Part shown: positions 49,660-59,742 of the stretch, piece by piece
How the letters are laid out: every line of letters begins with the position of its first letter
Position numbering within the stretch: the stretch's first letter is position 1
NCBI GenBank assembly: GCA_963695095.1
Contig: CAVOFT010000001.1
Span: forward strand, 2,944,001 to 3,008,000
Direction of reading: 5' to 3'
Source of the DNA: an uncultured bacterium
GTDB taxonomy: Bacteria > Krumholzibacteriota > Krumholzibacteriia > JACNKJ01
DNA length: 64,000 bases
The notes under the pieces: generated by a model
Seen by the model: the letters and a program-made list of their open reading frames with translations, nothing else
Told to the model about the DNA's origin: nothing
Databases searched by the model: none
Position numbers and translations under genes: made by a program

Positions 49660-50223
49660 TTGACGCCACTGAACCCATACGTCTTCGATTTCCGCAAGGC
49701 GCTTCAGGCAACTGCAGTACTGGTGCGAGCGGATTCCGGCTCCGCGCCGTCATCTTACCTGCGCATTCTCAAACTCCTGTATATCGCCGAGCGCCGCTGC
49801 ATTGAGCAGCGGGGAGTTCCGATTTCCGGGGACCGCTTCTTCGCGCTTGAGAAGGGGCCGGTCAACCACCACGTGATGAATCTGATCAAGAACCGCCATG
49901 ATCGCTCTGCCGAGTGGTTTGGATTCATTGAAACCGACCAAACCAAAATCAAGATCGTGCGCGATCCAGGAAACGGAGCCCTAAGCCAGTTCGAGATTGA
50001 CGCGCTTCAGTGGGCAGTATCCCAGTACTCAAGCATGGACGAATGGGACATCGTTGATGCCACCCATGAGTTTCCCGAATGGAAGGAAACCTACCCCGGC
50101 GATAGCCGAGCCGCGGAGATCCCGTTTGAGCTTATCCTCAAGAAGGTGGGCTGGACAGAGGCCCAAGCCAGGGAACTGATCCAAGAGGCAGAGCGGGACA
50201 GCGAGCTCTCCAAGTTCCTTTGA
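49660..50223 (+). CDS. Panacea (DUF4065/SocA-like) antitoxin domain protein
   Basis: ILKLLYIAER, PISGDRF.ALEKGPV, THEFPEWK; visibly AT-richer. Confidence 0.82.
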   Translation: MTPLNPYVFDFRKALQATAVLVRADSGSAPSSYLRILKLLYIAERRCIEQRGVPISGDRFFALEKGPVNHHVMNLIKNRHDRSAEWFGFIETDQTKIKIVRDPGNGALSQFEIDALQWAVSQYSSMDEWDIVDATHEFPEWKETYPGDSRAAEIPFELILKKVGWTEAQARELIQEAERDSELSKFL

Positions 50224-50619
50224 GCCCAGGCGGGCAAGCGATTCGACTTGGGACCGCCTTCTACTTCCAGGCAAGGTCCAGCCCCGCGCCCCACCTGTAT
50301 GTCGTGATTTCAGATCCGGCCGACAATCCCGATGGGATTGTCGTCGTAAACGTTAGCACCTTCAGGCCTTACAAGGATCCGAGCTGTATTCTGGAGCGCG
50401 GAGAGCACCCCAGGATAACGCGGAGAAGCTGCATCGAGTACGATCGGGCCAGAATCCCAAGCATTGAGCGCATAGAGAACGGGCTTGCATCTGGAGCACT
50501 CAGGGCTGTCGAAGACATGCCCGCCCCGACCTTGCAGAAGATCCACTACGGAGCGAGGATCACCAACAGGCTCCAGGGCGAAGCGGTGGCCATCCTCGAA
50601 GTCCCAGGGCCTCATCTAG
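50220..50619 (+). CDS. Putative toxin partner of Panacea (PemK/MazF-like fold suspected); probable true stop at 50617-50619 after an indel
   Basis: 4-nt overlap with antitoxin; HLYVVISDP...VVVNVST...DPSCIL..GEHP.I...S.I.Y; AT-richer like its partner. Confidence 0.6.
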
Positions 50620-50716
50620 CCGGGGCACACCTTCACTTCACCGCGCGCGGCTACCCCTTGCCAACCCGCCCCCGGGGGCGGCACACTGGGGGCCCCTCTC
50701 CGGAAGGAGCGACGCC

Positions 50717-50965
50717 ATGCCCGAGCCCAAGATCGCCGCGCGCAAGCCCGCCGTGCTCGAACTCGCCGCCGGCACGCACGCCTGGTGCGCCTGCGGGGAG
50801 TCCAAGAACCAGCCCTTCTGCGACGGCAGCCACAAGACGACGGCCTTCCGCCCGCACGTGTTCACGCTGGCGGAGCCGAAGAAGGTGGCCCTGTGCCAGT
50901 GCAAGCACACGGGCGGGCTGCCCTTCTGCGACGGCGCGCACAAGAGCCTGCCGGCCGAGGACTGA
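50717..50965 (+). CDS. CDGSH iron-sulfur domain protein (two motifs)
   Basis: WCACGESKNQPFCDGSH and LCQCKHTGGLPFCDGAH. Confidence 0.93.
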   Translation: MPEPKIAARKPAVLELAAGTHAWCACGESKNQPFCDGSHKTTAFRPHVFTLAEPKKVALCQCKHTGGLPFCDGAHKSLPAED

Positions 50966-51044
50966 GTCGTGGGTTGCTTGGCCGCACGCGTAGGAGGCCG
51001 TGGTGCTGGGTTTTCTCGCCGATAGCTGTTGCAGTCCGACGCTG

Positions 51045-51774
51045 ATGCCGGCCGGGCCGAGCTTCGACCCGTGGCTGCTCCTCGGCACGGGGCTGACGAT
51101 CAGCCTCGGCCACTGCATCGGCATGTGCGGGCCGCTGGTGGGCGCCGTGGCGATGGCGCAGCCCGAGGGGGCGCGCAGCGCGCGGCGGCTCGTCCCCGGC
51201 TTCCTGCTCTATCATCTGGGACGCGTGGGCGCCTACGCGCTCATCGGGCTGGCCCTGGGCCTGGTGGGCTCGGCCGCGGACCTGGCCGGGCAGGGCCAGT
51301 GGCTGCGCGGCGGGCTGTCGCTGGCGGTGGGTCTGGCGATGGCGCTGCTCGGGCTCGGCCTCGGGCGGCTGGCTGCCGGCGCGGCACTGGCCGGGCGGCG
51401 CGCGGCTCACGGGCCTTGTAGTGACGCGCTTCCGGGCCTTGATCGGGCGGGGCGGCTTGCTTGGGAAGTTGGGCCTGGGCGTCGCCAACGGCTTCCTGCC
51501 CTGCGGGCCGGTCTACGTGGTGGCGCTCGGGGCGATGGCCGCGGGCAGTCCCTGGCGCGGCGCGGGGGCCATGCTGCTCTTCGGCGCGGGGACGGTGCCG
51601 GTGATGCTGGCCTTGTCCCTCGGCGTCGGGCGCCTGAGCCCGCGCGTGCAGGGGCGCTTCAATCGCGTCGCGGCCGTGCTGGTGCTGCTGATCGCGGCGC
51701 AGCTCCTGCTGCGGGGCGCGGCGGCGTTTGGGTGGGTGGGGCATTTGAGGTTCGGGGAGGTTGTGGTTTACTAG
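51045..51774 (+). CDS. DsbD_2 / TauE-SafE-like membrane protein (often cbb3-oxidase associated); frameshifted near 51400
   Basis: HCIGMCGP, YHLGRV.AY, NGFLPCGPVY, FGAGTVP. Confidence 0.85.
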
Positions 51775-51870
51775 TGAATCGATTCCTGCGCGAGATCCAG
51801 GTCGGGTAGATTATATGGATTGCGAAGAACGCCTTGTGGAATGATCTCGGCACCAACTCTGGAGGTGTCC

Positions 51871-53778
51871 GTGCAGCTCTACAGTGGCATGTCCGCCGAC
51901 TTCATGCGCGCTGCTACTCGCAATCAGATCGCCGGCATGCTGAAGCAGGCTTTCTTCGCCTACTACCGCTACGAGTCGGGCGAGGCCGAAGTCCGCTCAT
52001 GGCAGAACTCCCTGCGTGCGGTCACGGACGTCTTCGAGGACGCGAGCCTCACTGATCACGGCGTGTTCCTGGAGTACCAGTTGCCGCTCACCTCTCGCCG
52101 GCTGGACTGCTTGGTCTGCGGGCAGGACACGAGCCGGCGCGATCGTGCCGTGCTCATCGAGCTGAAGCAGTGGGACCGCTGCAGCGAGACCCCCGGCGAG
52201 GACTTGGTGTGTACATGGGTGGGGGGTGCAGAGCGAGACGTGCTGCACCCCTCGGTTCAAGTGAGGCAATATCACCGCTACCTCGCAGACACGCACACAG
52301 CCTTTCATGAGGGAGCCGCGCCAGTCCTGCTCGACTCCTGCTCCTACCTGCACAACTACCAAGCGCTGGAGGGCGATCATCTGTTCGCCCCCAAGTTCGA
52401 GCAGATCCTAGCCGTCAGCCCGGCCTACGCGGCTGACGACTTCGACGCGATCAGCGGCTACCTGCGCGATCGCCTGCAGGCGGGGCAAGGACGGGAGGTC
52501 CTCGATCGCGTCGCACAGAGCCAGTACCGACCCAGCAAGAAGTTGATGGATCATGTAGCCGGCATGATCCAGGGCAACCCAGCTTACGTCCTCCTGGACG
52601 AGCAGCAGGTGGTCTACCGAAAGGTGCTGGCCTGCGCCGAGGCGGGCATGGGCGACCGGCGGAAGACAGTGGTCATCGTCCGGGGCGGGCCGGGCACGGG
52701 CAAGTCGGTGATCGCCCTCAACCTGATGGCCGACCTGTTGCGGAAGGGACGCAACGCACACTACTCCACGGGCTCCAAGGCCTTCACTGAGACACTGCGC
52801 CGGATCGTCGGCTCACGGGGCTCGGCGCAGTTCAAGTACTTCAACAGCTATGCCGAGGCCGGCGCCGGTGACATCGACGTGCTCATCGCCGACGAGGCAC
52901 ACCGCATCCGCGAGACCAGCAACAACCGCTTCACCCCGAGGGTCATGCAAAGCACGAAGCCTCAGATCGAGGAGCTCGTCGAAGCTTCCCGGATCGGGGT
53001 GTTCTTTGTAGACGACCGGCAGGTGGTGCGGCCGAACGAGATCGGATCGTCGGAGTTCATCCGCGCCCACGCCAGCCGGCTGGGCTGCCGGATCCTCGAC
53101 TTCGAGCTGGAGGCACAGTTCCGCTGCGCGGGTTCGGACGGCTTCGTACGCTGGCTGGAGAACACGCTCGGCCTCGTGCGCACCGCCAACGTACTCTGGG
53201 ACGGCAGCGAAGGCTTCGACTTCCGTATCCTCGACTCGCCGCAATCCCTCGAAGACGCGATCCGCGCCAAGTCCGTGGAGGGATTCTCAGCGCGCATGTC
53301 GGCAGGCTTCTGCTGGCCGTGGTCCAAGCCGAACTCGGACGGCACGCTCGTGGAGGATGTCCGGATCGGCGAGTACCGGCGCCCCTGGAACGCGAAGTCG
53401 AGCGCGGGCCGCCTGGCGGCCGGGATTCCGAAGGAAACGCTCTGGGCACACTTGCCCGGCGGCATCGATCAGGTGGGTTGCATCTACACGGCCCAGGGCT
53501 TCGAGTTCGACTACGTCGGCGTGATCTGGGGCCCGGATCTCCGCTACGATCTGGAGAAGAACGCCTGGATCGGGGATCGCGAGCAGTCCTGCGACACGGT
53601 CGTGAAGCGCTCGGGCGATCGCTTCGCGGAACTCGTGAAGAACACCTACCGCGTCCTGCTCTCGCGGGGGCTCAAGGGCTGCTACGTGCACTTCATGGAC
53701 CGGGAGACCGAGCAGTTCATCAGGACCCGCCTGGAGACGACGGCGGCAACAACGGACGGCGGCGGGCATGCGCACTGA
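51871..53778 (+). CDS. DUF2075 (Schlafen group 3-like) nuclease-helicase
   Basis: GGAGG + GTG start; PD-(D/E)xK-like EY...RRLD...IELKQW; Walker A GGPGTGKS, DEAH, QFRC.GS, GCIYTAQGFEFDY, NTYRVLLSRG. Confidence 0.9.
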   Translation: MQLYSGMSADFMRAATRNQIAGMLKQAFFAYYRYESGEAEVRSWQNSLRAVTDVFEDASLTDHGVFLEYQLPLTSRRLDCLVCGQDTSRRDRAVLIELKQWDRCSETPGEDLVCTWVGGAERDVLHPSVQVRQYHRYLADTHTAFHEGAAPVLLDSCSYLHNYQALEGDHLFAPKFEQILAVSPAYAADDFDAISGYLRDRLQAGQGREVLDRVAQSQYRPSKKLMDHVAGMIQGNPAYVLLDEQQVVYRKVLACAEAGMGDRRKTVVIVRGGPGTGKSVIALNLMADLLRKGRNAHYSTGSKAFTETLRRIVGSRGSAQFKYFNSYAEAGAGDIDVLIADEAHRIRETSNNRFTPRVMQSTKPQIEELVEASRIGVFFVDDRQVVRPNEIGSSEFIRAHASRLGCRILDFELEAQFRCAGSDGFVRWLENTLGLVRTANVLWDGSEGFDFRILDSPQSLEDAIRAKSVEGFSARMSAGFCWPWSKPNSDGTLVEDVRIGEYRRPWNAKSSAGRLAAGIPKETLWAHLPGGIDQVGCIYTAQGFEFDYVGVIWGPDLRYDLEKNAWIGDREQSCDTVVKRSGDRFAELVKNTYRVLLSRGLKGCYVHFMDRETEQFIRTRLETTAATTDGGGHAH

Positions 53779-54328
53779 CGACACCTGGATCCAGACCTAC
53801 CGCGGCTGCCAGTTCTGGCCGATGGACCCGCAACCGGCGGACATCGACATCCGTGATGCGGCCCACTCGCTCAGCCTCCTCTGCCGCTTCAATGGCCACT
53901 GCCGGGAGTTCTACTCGGTCGCCGAGCACTGCGTGCGCGTCTCGCGCGCATGTGCGCCGGAGCATGCCCTCTGGGGGCTGCTTCACGACGTTGCCGAGGC
54001 CTACATCGGGGACATCGCCAGGCCAGTCAAGCAGCAGTTCCCAGCTATCGCGGAGATGGAGGATCGCCTGCTCAAGGCAGCCGCGGAGCATTTCGGCCTG
54101 GCTTGGCCGATTCCCGACGAGGTGGGCAAGATCGATGAGATCTTGCTGGCCACCGAGGCCCGCGACCTCATGGAACAGCCCCCTGCCGATTGGAAGCTGA
54201 GCGCTTTGCCTCTCACGGATCCGATCCGCCCGATGACACCGCTCCAGGCCGAGCAGGCGTTCCTCGAGCGCTTCGCCAAGCTCACAGCCAGCAGGAATGC
54301 CCCGCAGCTGGCGCAGGGTCGCCCATGA
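53768..54328 (+). CDS. HD-domain phosphohydrolase (YfbR/YfdR-like nucleotidase)
   Basis: AHSLS..CRFNGH...FYSVAEH, LLHDVAEAYIGDI..PVK, D...LATE.RDL. Confidence 0.88.
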   Translation: MRTDDTWIQTYRGCQFWPMDPQPADIDIRDAAHSLSLLCRFNGHCREFYSVAEHCVRVSRACAPEHALWGLLHDVAEAYIGDIARPVKQQFPAIAEMEDRLLKAAAEHFGLAWPIPDEVGKIDEILLATEARDLMEQPPADWKLSALPLTDPIRPMTPLQAEQAFLERFAKLTASRNAPQLAQGRP

Positions 54329-55257
54329 CCGGCTGGCTGGCGAACACGGATACGGACTGGTTCCAGTTCCTCCGTGGCTTGGAGGATGTCGAAGAGGTCA
54401 ACTTCTGGCAGCCGTCGGGAGGCCGGGGCTTCCACGTCCTGAAGCCGGGCGAGCCGCTCCTCTTCAAGCTGAAGTCGCCGCACAACGTCATCGCGGGCTA
54501 CGGGCACTTCGTGCGCCACTCCGTCCTTCCGGCGTGGCTCGCCTGGGACTCGTTTGGCGTGACCAACGGCGCGCCTGATTACGCCGCGATGAGGACTCGC
54601 ATCGAACGCTATCGCTCCGGCCAGCCCAAGGATCCTGCTGGCAACTACGCGGTCGGTTGCTTGGTCCTGGCCCAGCCTTTGTTCTTCCCGAGGGAGCTCT
54701 GGATTCCCCAGCCGGCCGACTGGCCCCGAAACGTCGTGCAGGGCAAGAGCTACGGCCTCGACCGAGGGGAGGGGCTGCGCATCTGGGATGCCTGCCAGGC
54801 GGCAACCGCAGCCTTGAGCAAGGTGCTCCAGCTTCCCCTGGGGCGGGAGAACGAACGGCGCTATGGCGAGCCTCAACTCATCGCGCCGCGACTTGGCCAG
54901 GGGAGCTTTCGTATCGTGGTGCTGGAGAGCTACCGTCGCGCCTGTGCGGTTTCCACTGAGCACTCCCTGCCCGCGTTGGAAGCGGCGCACATCAAACCCT
55001 TCGCCGAGGGCGGCGAGCACAAGGTCGGCAACGGACTTCTGCTTCGCAGCGACATCCATCGCTTGTTCGACAAAGGCTACCTAACCATCACTCCCGGCCA
55101 TAACATTGAGGTGAGCCCTCGCTTGCGCGAGGACTTCAGCAATGGGCGCAGTTACTATCCCTTTCATGGGGAGAAGATCGCCTTGCCAGCCGACAGGGCG
55201 GAGCATCCAGATCCGGCAATGCTCCATTGGCACAACGAGAAACGGTTCCTTGGATGA
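54325..55257 (+). CDS. HNH endonuclease with N-terminal putative PUA/EVE-like recognition domain
   Basis: ATGA overlap; TD..WF, EVNFWQP, LKPGEPLLFKLK..N.IAG.G.F; RLGQGSFR..V..Y...CAV, LEAAHIKP, NGLLLRSDIHRLFD. Confidence 0.88.
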   Translation: MTGWLANTDTDWFQFLRGLEDVEEVNFWQPSGGRGFHVLKPGEPLLFKLKSPHNVIAGYGHFVRHSVLPAWLAWDSFGVTNGAPDYAAMRTRIERYRSGQPKDPAGNYAVGCLVLAQPLFFPRELWIPQPADWPRNVVQGKSYGLDRGEGLRIWDACQAATAALSKVLQLPLGRENERRYGEPQLIAPRLGQGSFRIVVLESYRRACAVSTEHSLPALEAAHIKPFAEGGEHKVGNGLLLRSDIHRLFDKGYLTITPGHNIEVSPRLREDFSNGRSYYPFHGEKIALPADRAEHPDPAMLHWHNEKRFLG

Positions 55258-55370
55258 CAAGATTGGAGGAGTGCCAGAGGGCTGGTTGCCGATACCAGTC
55301 CGCCCACATGGCGAGGACATGACGCCGTTCAGGCCAGTGTCGAGTGCATGACCTTCCCTCGAGGTAGCGG

Positions 55371-55718
55371 TTGACCAACCCCCACGCCCTCATCCTCATC
55401 CGCACGCTCCACACGACGATCTACCTCGTCATGGTCGCCGCGATCGCCGTCATCTGGCATGCCGCCCTCACCGGCCGCTTCGGCCCCGCGCTCTGGATCG
55501 CCCTCGCGCTGCTCGCCGTCGAGAGCGCCGTCTTCCTCGGCAACGGCCGCCGCTGCCCCCTCACCGCGCTCGCCGTCCGCTACGGCGCCGAGAAGGGCTA
55601 CGCCTTCGACACCTTCCTGCCCGAGCGCGCCACCCGCTACACCTTCCGCGTCTTCGGGACGCTCATGCTGCTCGGCCTCATCGCCCTCCTCCTCCGCTGG
55701 ACGGGCCTCCTCGCCTGA
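55371..55718 (+). CDS. Small membrane protein
   Basis: Three hydrophobic segments, CPLT motif, GAGG RBS. Confidence 0.7.
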   Translation: MTNPHALILIRTLHTTIYLVMVAAIAVIWHAALTGRFGPALWIALALLAVESAVFLGNGRRCPLTALAVRYGAEKGYAFDTFLPERATRYTFRVFGTLMLLGLIALLLRWTGLLA

Positions 55719-55796
55719 CGTGGGCACCTTTGCCCGGACCGAAATGCCGCGCAGGCGGCGTGAAAAGCCGCTATACTTGGCGCGACCAGGAGGTGG

Positions 55797-58184
55797 GTGA
55801 TGTGCGGACGGTCGCTTGCGGCATTCTCTATCCTGATGGTTCTTCCGATATCGGCTGCAACCGCAGCCACGATCCACGTCCCCGCTGACCAGCCCACGAT
55901 CCAGGCGGGTGTCGATGCCGCGGCGCCGGGGGACACGGTCCAGCTTGCCGCGATGGTCTTCACCGGCCCGGGCAACACCGACCTCGGCTTCGGGGGCAAG
56001 GACATCGTCCTGCGCGGAGCGGCGCCGCCCGACAGCTCGGCCATCGATGGCGAAGGTCAGCACCAGGGCTTCTACCTCCATCAGGGCGAGACGGCCGCGG
56101 CCCGCATCGAGCGCCTCACCCTCAAGAACATCGATGGCTACGCCTTTCACGCCTACCAGGCCTCGGCCACGCTCGCCGACATCCGCCTCTTCGATTGCGT
56201 GCACGGCGTGGCCTTCCACACCTCGACGAGCGCGGTGCACGGCCTGCTCTGCGTGCGCACCTCCGATGCGCTAGCGGTCTACGCGGCGAGCGCGAGCGCC
56301 ACGGATGTCGACGTGCGCGAGGGCGGCCTCTACAACGCGCTGGACATCAACTCGGGTGCGAGCCTGACCGTGGACGGCCTGCGCGTCACCGGCAGTTACG
56401 CGCGCTATGGCGTGGTGGACTGCGCGGGCACCCTGGTCCTCCGCAACGCCTACTTCAGCGGCAACCGGCTGAGCCCGCTCAATCCGCGGGCTGTGATCTA
56501 CGGCCACGGGGACGGCGCCGCGCTCGACCTGCAATGGGTGACCATCGTCGACAACGCCACCGACGGCATTCGCACCGAGGACGCCTGTGCGCTCACCGCT
56601 CGCAACGTGACGATCGCGCGCACGGGGGGCGAGGGCTTCGAGCTCAGCGCCGAGGGCTCGGCCGACATCGCCCAGGCGATCGTCGCCTTCTCGACGAAGG
56701 TCGGCATCTTCGCCTGGCCGGGCGGCACGGTCACGCTGGCCTGCTCGGATGTCTACGGCAACGCCCTCGGCGACTTCGGCGGCGCGCTCGGCGATCCCAC
56801 CGGCACCGACGGCATGATCAAGGCCGAACCCATGTTCTGTCAGCTCGGCGGCCCCGACCAGCCGCCCACCCTGAGCGTGAACTCGCCCTGCGCCCCGGCC
56901 AACAGCGACTGCGGGCTACTCATGGGCGCCCACGGCACGGCCTGCGATCTCGTGATGGTCACCGTCTCGGGCACCGTCCTCGACCCGGGCAACCAGCCGG
57001 TGGCGGGGGTCGCCATCGAGGGCTTCTACGACCCCTTGCTGACGGACTCCGCGGGGCACTACGCCTTCGACACCGTCCAGGGCTGGACCGGCGTGCTGCA
57101 TCCGGTGCTCATGAGCCTGCACTTCGACCCGGTGGAGCGCCTCATCGGTCCGCTCATCGTCGACTTGCCGAACCAGGACTTCCTCGCCTATGCGCAGACG
57201 GCCATCCGCGTGCCGCAGGACTTCGCCACCCTGGCCGAGGCGCTGGAGTTCGCCCTCGACGGCGACACCGTGCTGGTGGCGCCCGGCGTCTACACGGGGC
57301 CGGCCAACCGCAACCTCAGTTGCGGCGGCAAGGCGATCGCGGTGCTGGGGACAGGGAGCGCCGGGGCCACCATCATCGACTGCCAGGGCCAGGGCCGCGC
57401 ATTCACTCTGCTCGACGGGGAATCGCCGGCCACGCTCATCGGCGGCCTGACGATCCGCAACGGCCACAGCTCGGCCGCGCTCACGCCGCCGTACAAGGGC
57501 GGCGGCGGCATCTACGTGCAGGACGGCTCGCCCACACTCCGCGACCTTGTCATCGAGGACTGCCTCAGCGACGAGGCCGGGGGCGGGCTCCTGCTGAAAA
57601 GCTCGTCCGCCCTCGTGCAGCGCGTGCACTGCCGCGGCAACGAGGCCCCCGGCCTGGAGGGCATCGGCGGCGGCGCCTTCGCGATCGGCGGCGCCCCCAC
57701 CTTCCGCGACTGCCTGTTCACGGACAACTTCGCCTTCCGCTACGGCGGCGGCCTGCACATCGCCAACGGCACGATCCGGGTCGAAGGCTGCACGGTGGTC
57801 GGCAACACGGCGGGCTGGAGCGGCGGCGGCATCAGCAGCCACAAGTCGAGCAATCCGCCGCAGCTCAGCATCACGCGCAGCCTGATCGCCGACAACCACG
57901 CCACGAGCGGTGGCGCGCTCTTCAACCACGCCCTCTGGCCGGCGCCCGCCTACGACTGCTGCCTCTTCTGGGGCAACGACTCGCCACGCGTCTGGGGCAG
58001 CATCAACGATCCCGTCGGGACGAACGGCAATTTCGCGGCCGATCCCCTGCTCTGCGATCCCGGCGGCGGCGACTTCGGCCTGCAGGCGGGATCGCCCTGC
58101 CTGCCCGAGAACAATGGCTGCGCTGTCCTGATCGGCGCTCTCGGCCAGGGCTGCGACACGCTGCGCGCGGGAGGTCAGCGATGA
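55797..58184 (+). CDS. Secreted tandem beta-helix protein (two modules with an Ig-like linker)
   Basis: HVPADQPTIQ and RVPQDFATL modules, each ending in (E/D)PxxC...SPC.P.N..C. Confidence 0.85.
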   Translation: MMCGRSLAAFSILMVLPISAATAATIHVPADQPTIQAGVDAAAPGDTVQLAAMVFTGPGNTDLGFGGKDIVLRGAAPPDSSAIDGEGQHQGFYLHQGETAAARIERLTLKNIDGYAFHAYQASATLADIRLFDCVHGVAFHTSTSAVHGLLCVRTSDALAVYAASASATDVDVREGGLYNALDINSGASLTVDGLRVTGSYARYGVVDCAGTLVLRNAYFSGNRLSPLNPRAVIYGHGDGAALDLQWVTIVDNATDGIRTEDACALTARNVTIARTGGEGFELSAEGSADIAQAIVAFSTKVGIFAWPGGTVTLACSDVYGNALGDFGGALGDPTGTDGMIKAEPMFCQLGGPDQPPTLSVNSPCAPANSDCGLLMGAHGTACDLVMVTVSGTVLDPGNQPVAGVAIEGFYDPLLTDSAGHYAFDTVQGWTGVLHPVLMSLHFDPVERLIGPLIVDLPNQDFLAYAQTAIRVPQDFATLAEALEFALDGDTVLVAPGVYTGPANRNLSCGGKAIAVLGTGSAGATIIDCQGQGRAFTLLDGESPATLIGGLTIRNGHSSAALTPPYKGGGGIYVQDGSPTLRDLVIEDCLSDEAGGGLLLKSSSALVQRVHCRGNEAPGLEGIGGGAFAIGGAPTFRDCLFTDNFAFRYGGGLHIANGTIRVEGCTVVGNTAGWSGGGISSHKSSNPPQLSITRSLIADNHATSGGALFNHALWPAPAYDCCLFWGNDSPRVWGSINDPVGTNGNFAADPLLCDPGGGDFGLQAGSPCLPENNGCAVLIGALGQGCDTLRAGGQR

Positions 58185-59500
58185 AGGCCGCAATCGGCAT
58201 CCTGCTGCTCAGCGCACTGGCGGCGACGGCGCCGGCCGTGGCGAGCGTTTTCCATGTGCCGGCGGAGTACCCCAGCATCCAGTCGGCGCTGGCCGCGGCG
58301 GCCGCAGGGGACACGGTCCTGGTGGCCTGCGGCACCTACTACGAGCACGGGCTGTCTCCGCGCGAATCGTGCCTGATCCGGGGGGAAGGCGGCAGTGCGG
58401 ATTGCGTGGTCATCGATGCCCAGGAGCAGGGCAGTTGCATCATCGCCCAGGCCCGCTACGTGCGCCTGGAGCACCTGACGCTGCGCAATGGCTACTCGAA
58501 CTACCGCGGCGGCGGTCTTGACGCGGGCATCGTTCCCAGCCTGGTGGACGTTGTGGTCGAGAACTGCTTCGCCGCGCAGGATGGCGGCGGAGTCAGCGCC
58601 TCCGGCATCGCTTTCCAGGATCTGGTCCTCAGGAACAACCGCGCCGATCGCGGCGGCGGGCTGTTTCTGCTCGAGTACGGCGGCGCGAGCAGCGGCTTGC
58701 TGGCGGTGGGGAACGAGGCCGAGTCCGGGGCGGCGATCTACATCCAGGACTGCATGTGGCCAAGCAACGCGAAGCTCGATGGCCTCACGCTCGTGGGCAA
58801 CCGCAGCACGGCGGGCGAGGGCATTTTGACGATGTCGGCCATGACCGGCGAATGGGTGAACTGGCTCGCCGTCTCGCGGAGCATCTTCGCCGACAACGAG
58901 GGTTTCGCGCTTGCGTGTCCCGGCGGCTGGTTCAACATGTACGACGTCTCGGACCCGGCCGGCTCGGAGATGGACGCCTTCGTATCCAGCTCCTGCTTCT
59001 GGAACAACTCGCTGGGCGACTTCGGCGGCGAGATCGCCGACCTCACCGGCTTCTACGGCAACCTCTTCGTCGATCCGCGCTTCTGCACGCCGGAGCTGGG
59101 CAACTACGCTCTGCGCGAGGATTCGCCCTGCCTTCCCGAAGGCAACCTCTGCCGGGTGACCATGGGGGCGATCGGCGAGCCCTGCGTGCTGACCGGCGTG
59201 GAGGCCGAAGCCGGGGCACCCGCGGCCTTCCGGGTCGGCAGCTTCCCCAATCCCTTCAACCCCAGCACGCAGATCCGCTTCGTGCTGCCGCGGGCCGCGC
59301 GCGTGAGCCTGCGCGTCTTCGACATCGCCGGCCGCCGCGTGGCCACCCTGCTCGACGGCGCGCGCAGGGATGCCGGCGAGCAGGCGCTGGTCTGGGATGG
59401 GCGCGACGATGCGGGTCAGGCCCTGCCCAGCGGCGTCTACCTCTACCGCCTCGAGGCCGGGGAGCTGCGGGCCACGAGGAAGCTGACCCTGCTCAAATGA
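58181..59500 (+). CDS. Secreted beta-helix protein with C-terminal FlgD-Ig-like domain
   Basis: ATGA overlap; MKAAIGILLL signal, HVPAEYPSIQ, DPRFC...SPC, PNPFNP...WDGRD..SGVY...LLK. Confidence 0.87.
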   Translation: MKAAIGILLLSALAATAPAVASVFHVPAEYPSIQSALAAAAAGDTVLVACGTYYEHGLSPRESCLIRGEGGSADCVVIDAQEQGSCIIAQARYVRLEHLTLRNGYSNYRGGGLDAGIVPSLVDVVVENCFAAQDGGGVSASGIAFQDLVLRNNRADRGGGLFLLEYGGASSGLLAVGNEAESGAAIYIQDCMWPSNAKLDGLTLVGNRSTAGEGILTMSAMTGEWVNWLAVSRSIFADNEGFALACPGGWFNMYDVSDPAGSEMDAFVSSSCFWNNSLGDFGGEIADLTGFYGNLFVDPRFCTPELGNYALREDSPCLPEGNLCRVTMGAIGEPCVLTGVEAEAGAPAAFRVGSFPNPFNPSTQIRFVLPRAARVSLRVFDIAGRRVATLLDGARRDAGEQALVWDGRDDAGQALPSGVYLYRLEAGELRATRKLTLLK

Positions 59501-59742
59501 TCCGCTGATCCGCGTCGCCTCTCGAGGCCCCGCACCCTGGACCGCCCTCGCGCGGCTCGCCCTGCGCGCCATCACCCCCGCAATCGCCGCTGAGGGCGCC
59601 AATCGGTCATTGATATGAGCTCCCGCGCCCGGTACTCTGGCGTCGCTAGCCCGCCCCCCCAGCGGGTGAAGCGCCCTGTCGCGACCCGATTCGCCGCAGT
59701 GTCCCGTCCAGCCTCCCGCTCGCCTGCAGGAGAACGCTGAAC

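Noticed and set aside
50220..50993. 257-aa ORF spanning the putative toxin and the CDGSH gene
   Set aside because: The C-terminal half is out-of-frame read-through over the CDGSH gene; a one-base correction gives a stop at 50617-50619.
56195..59500. 1101-aa ORF
   Set aside because: Only the part from ATG 58181 is protein-like; the upstream part is an alternative frame of 55797-58184.
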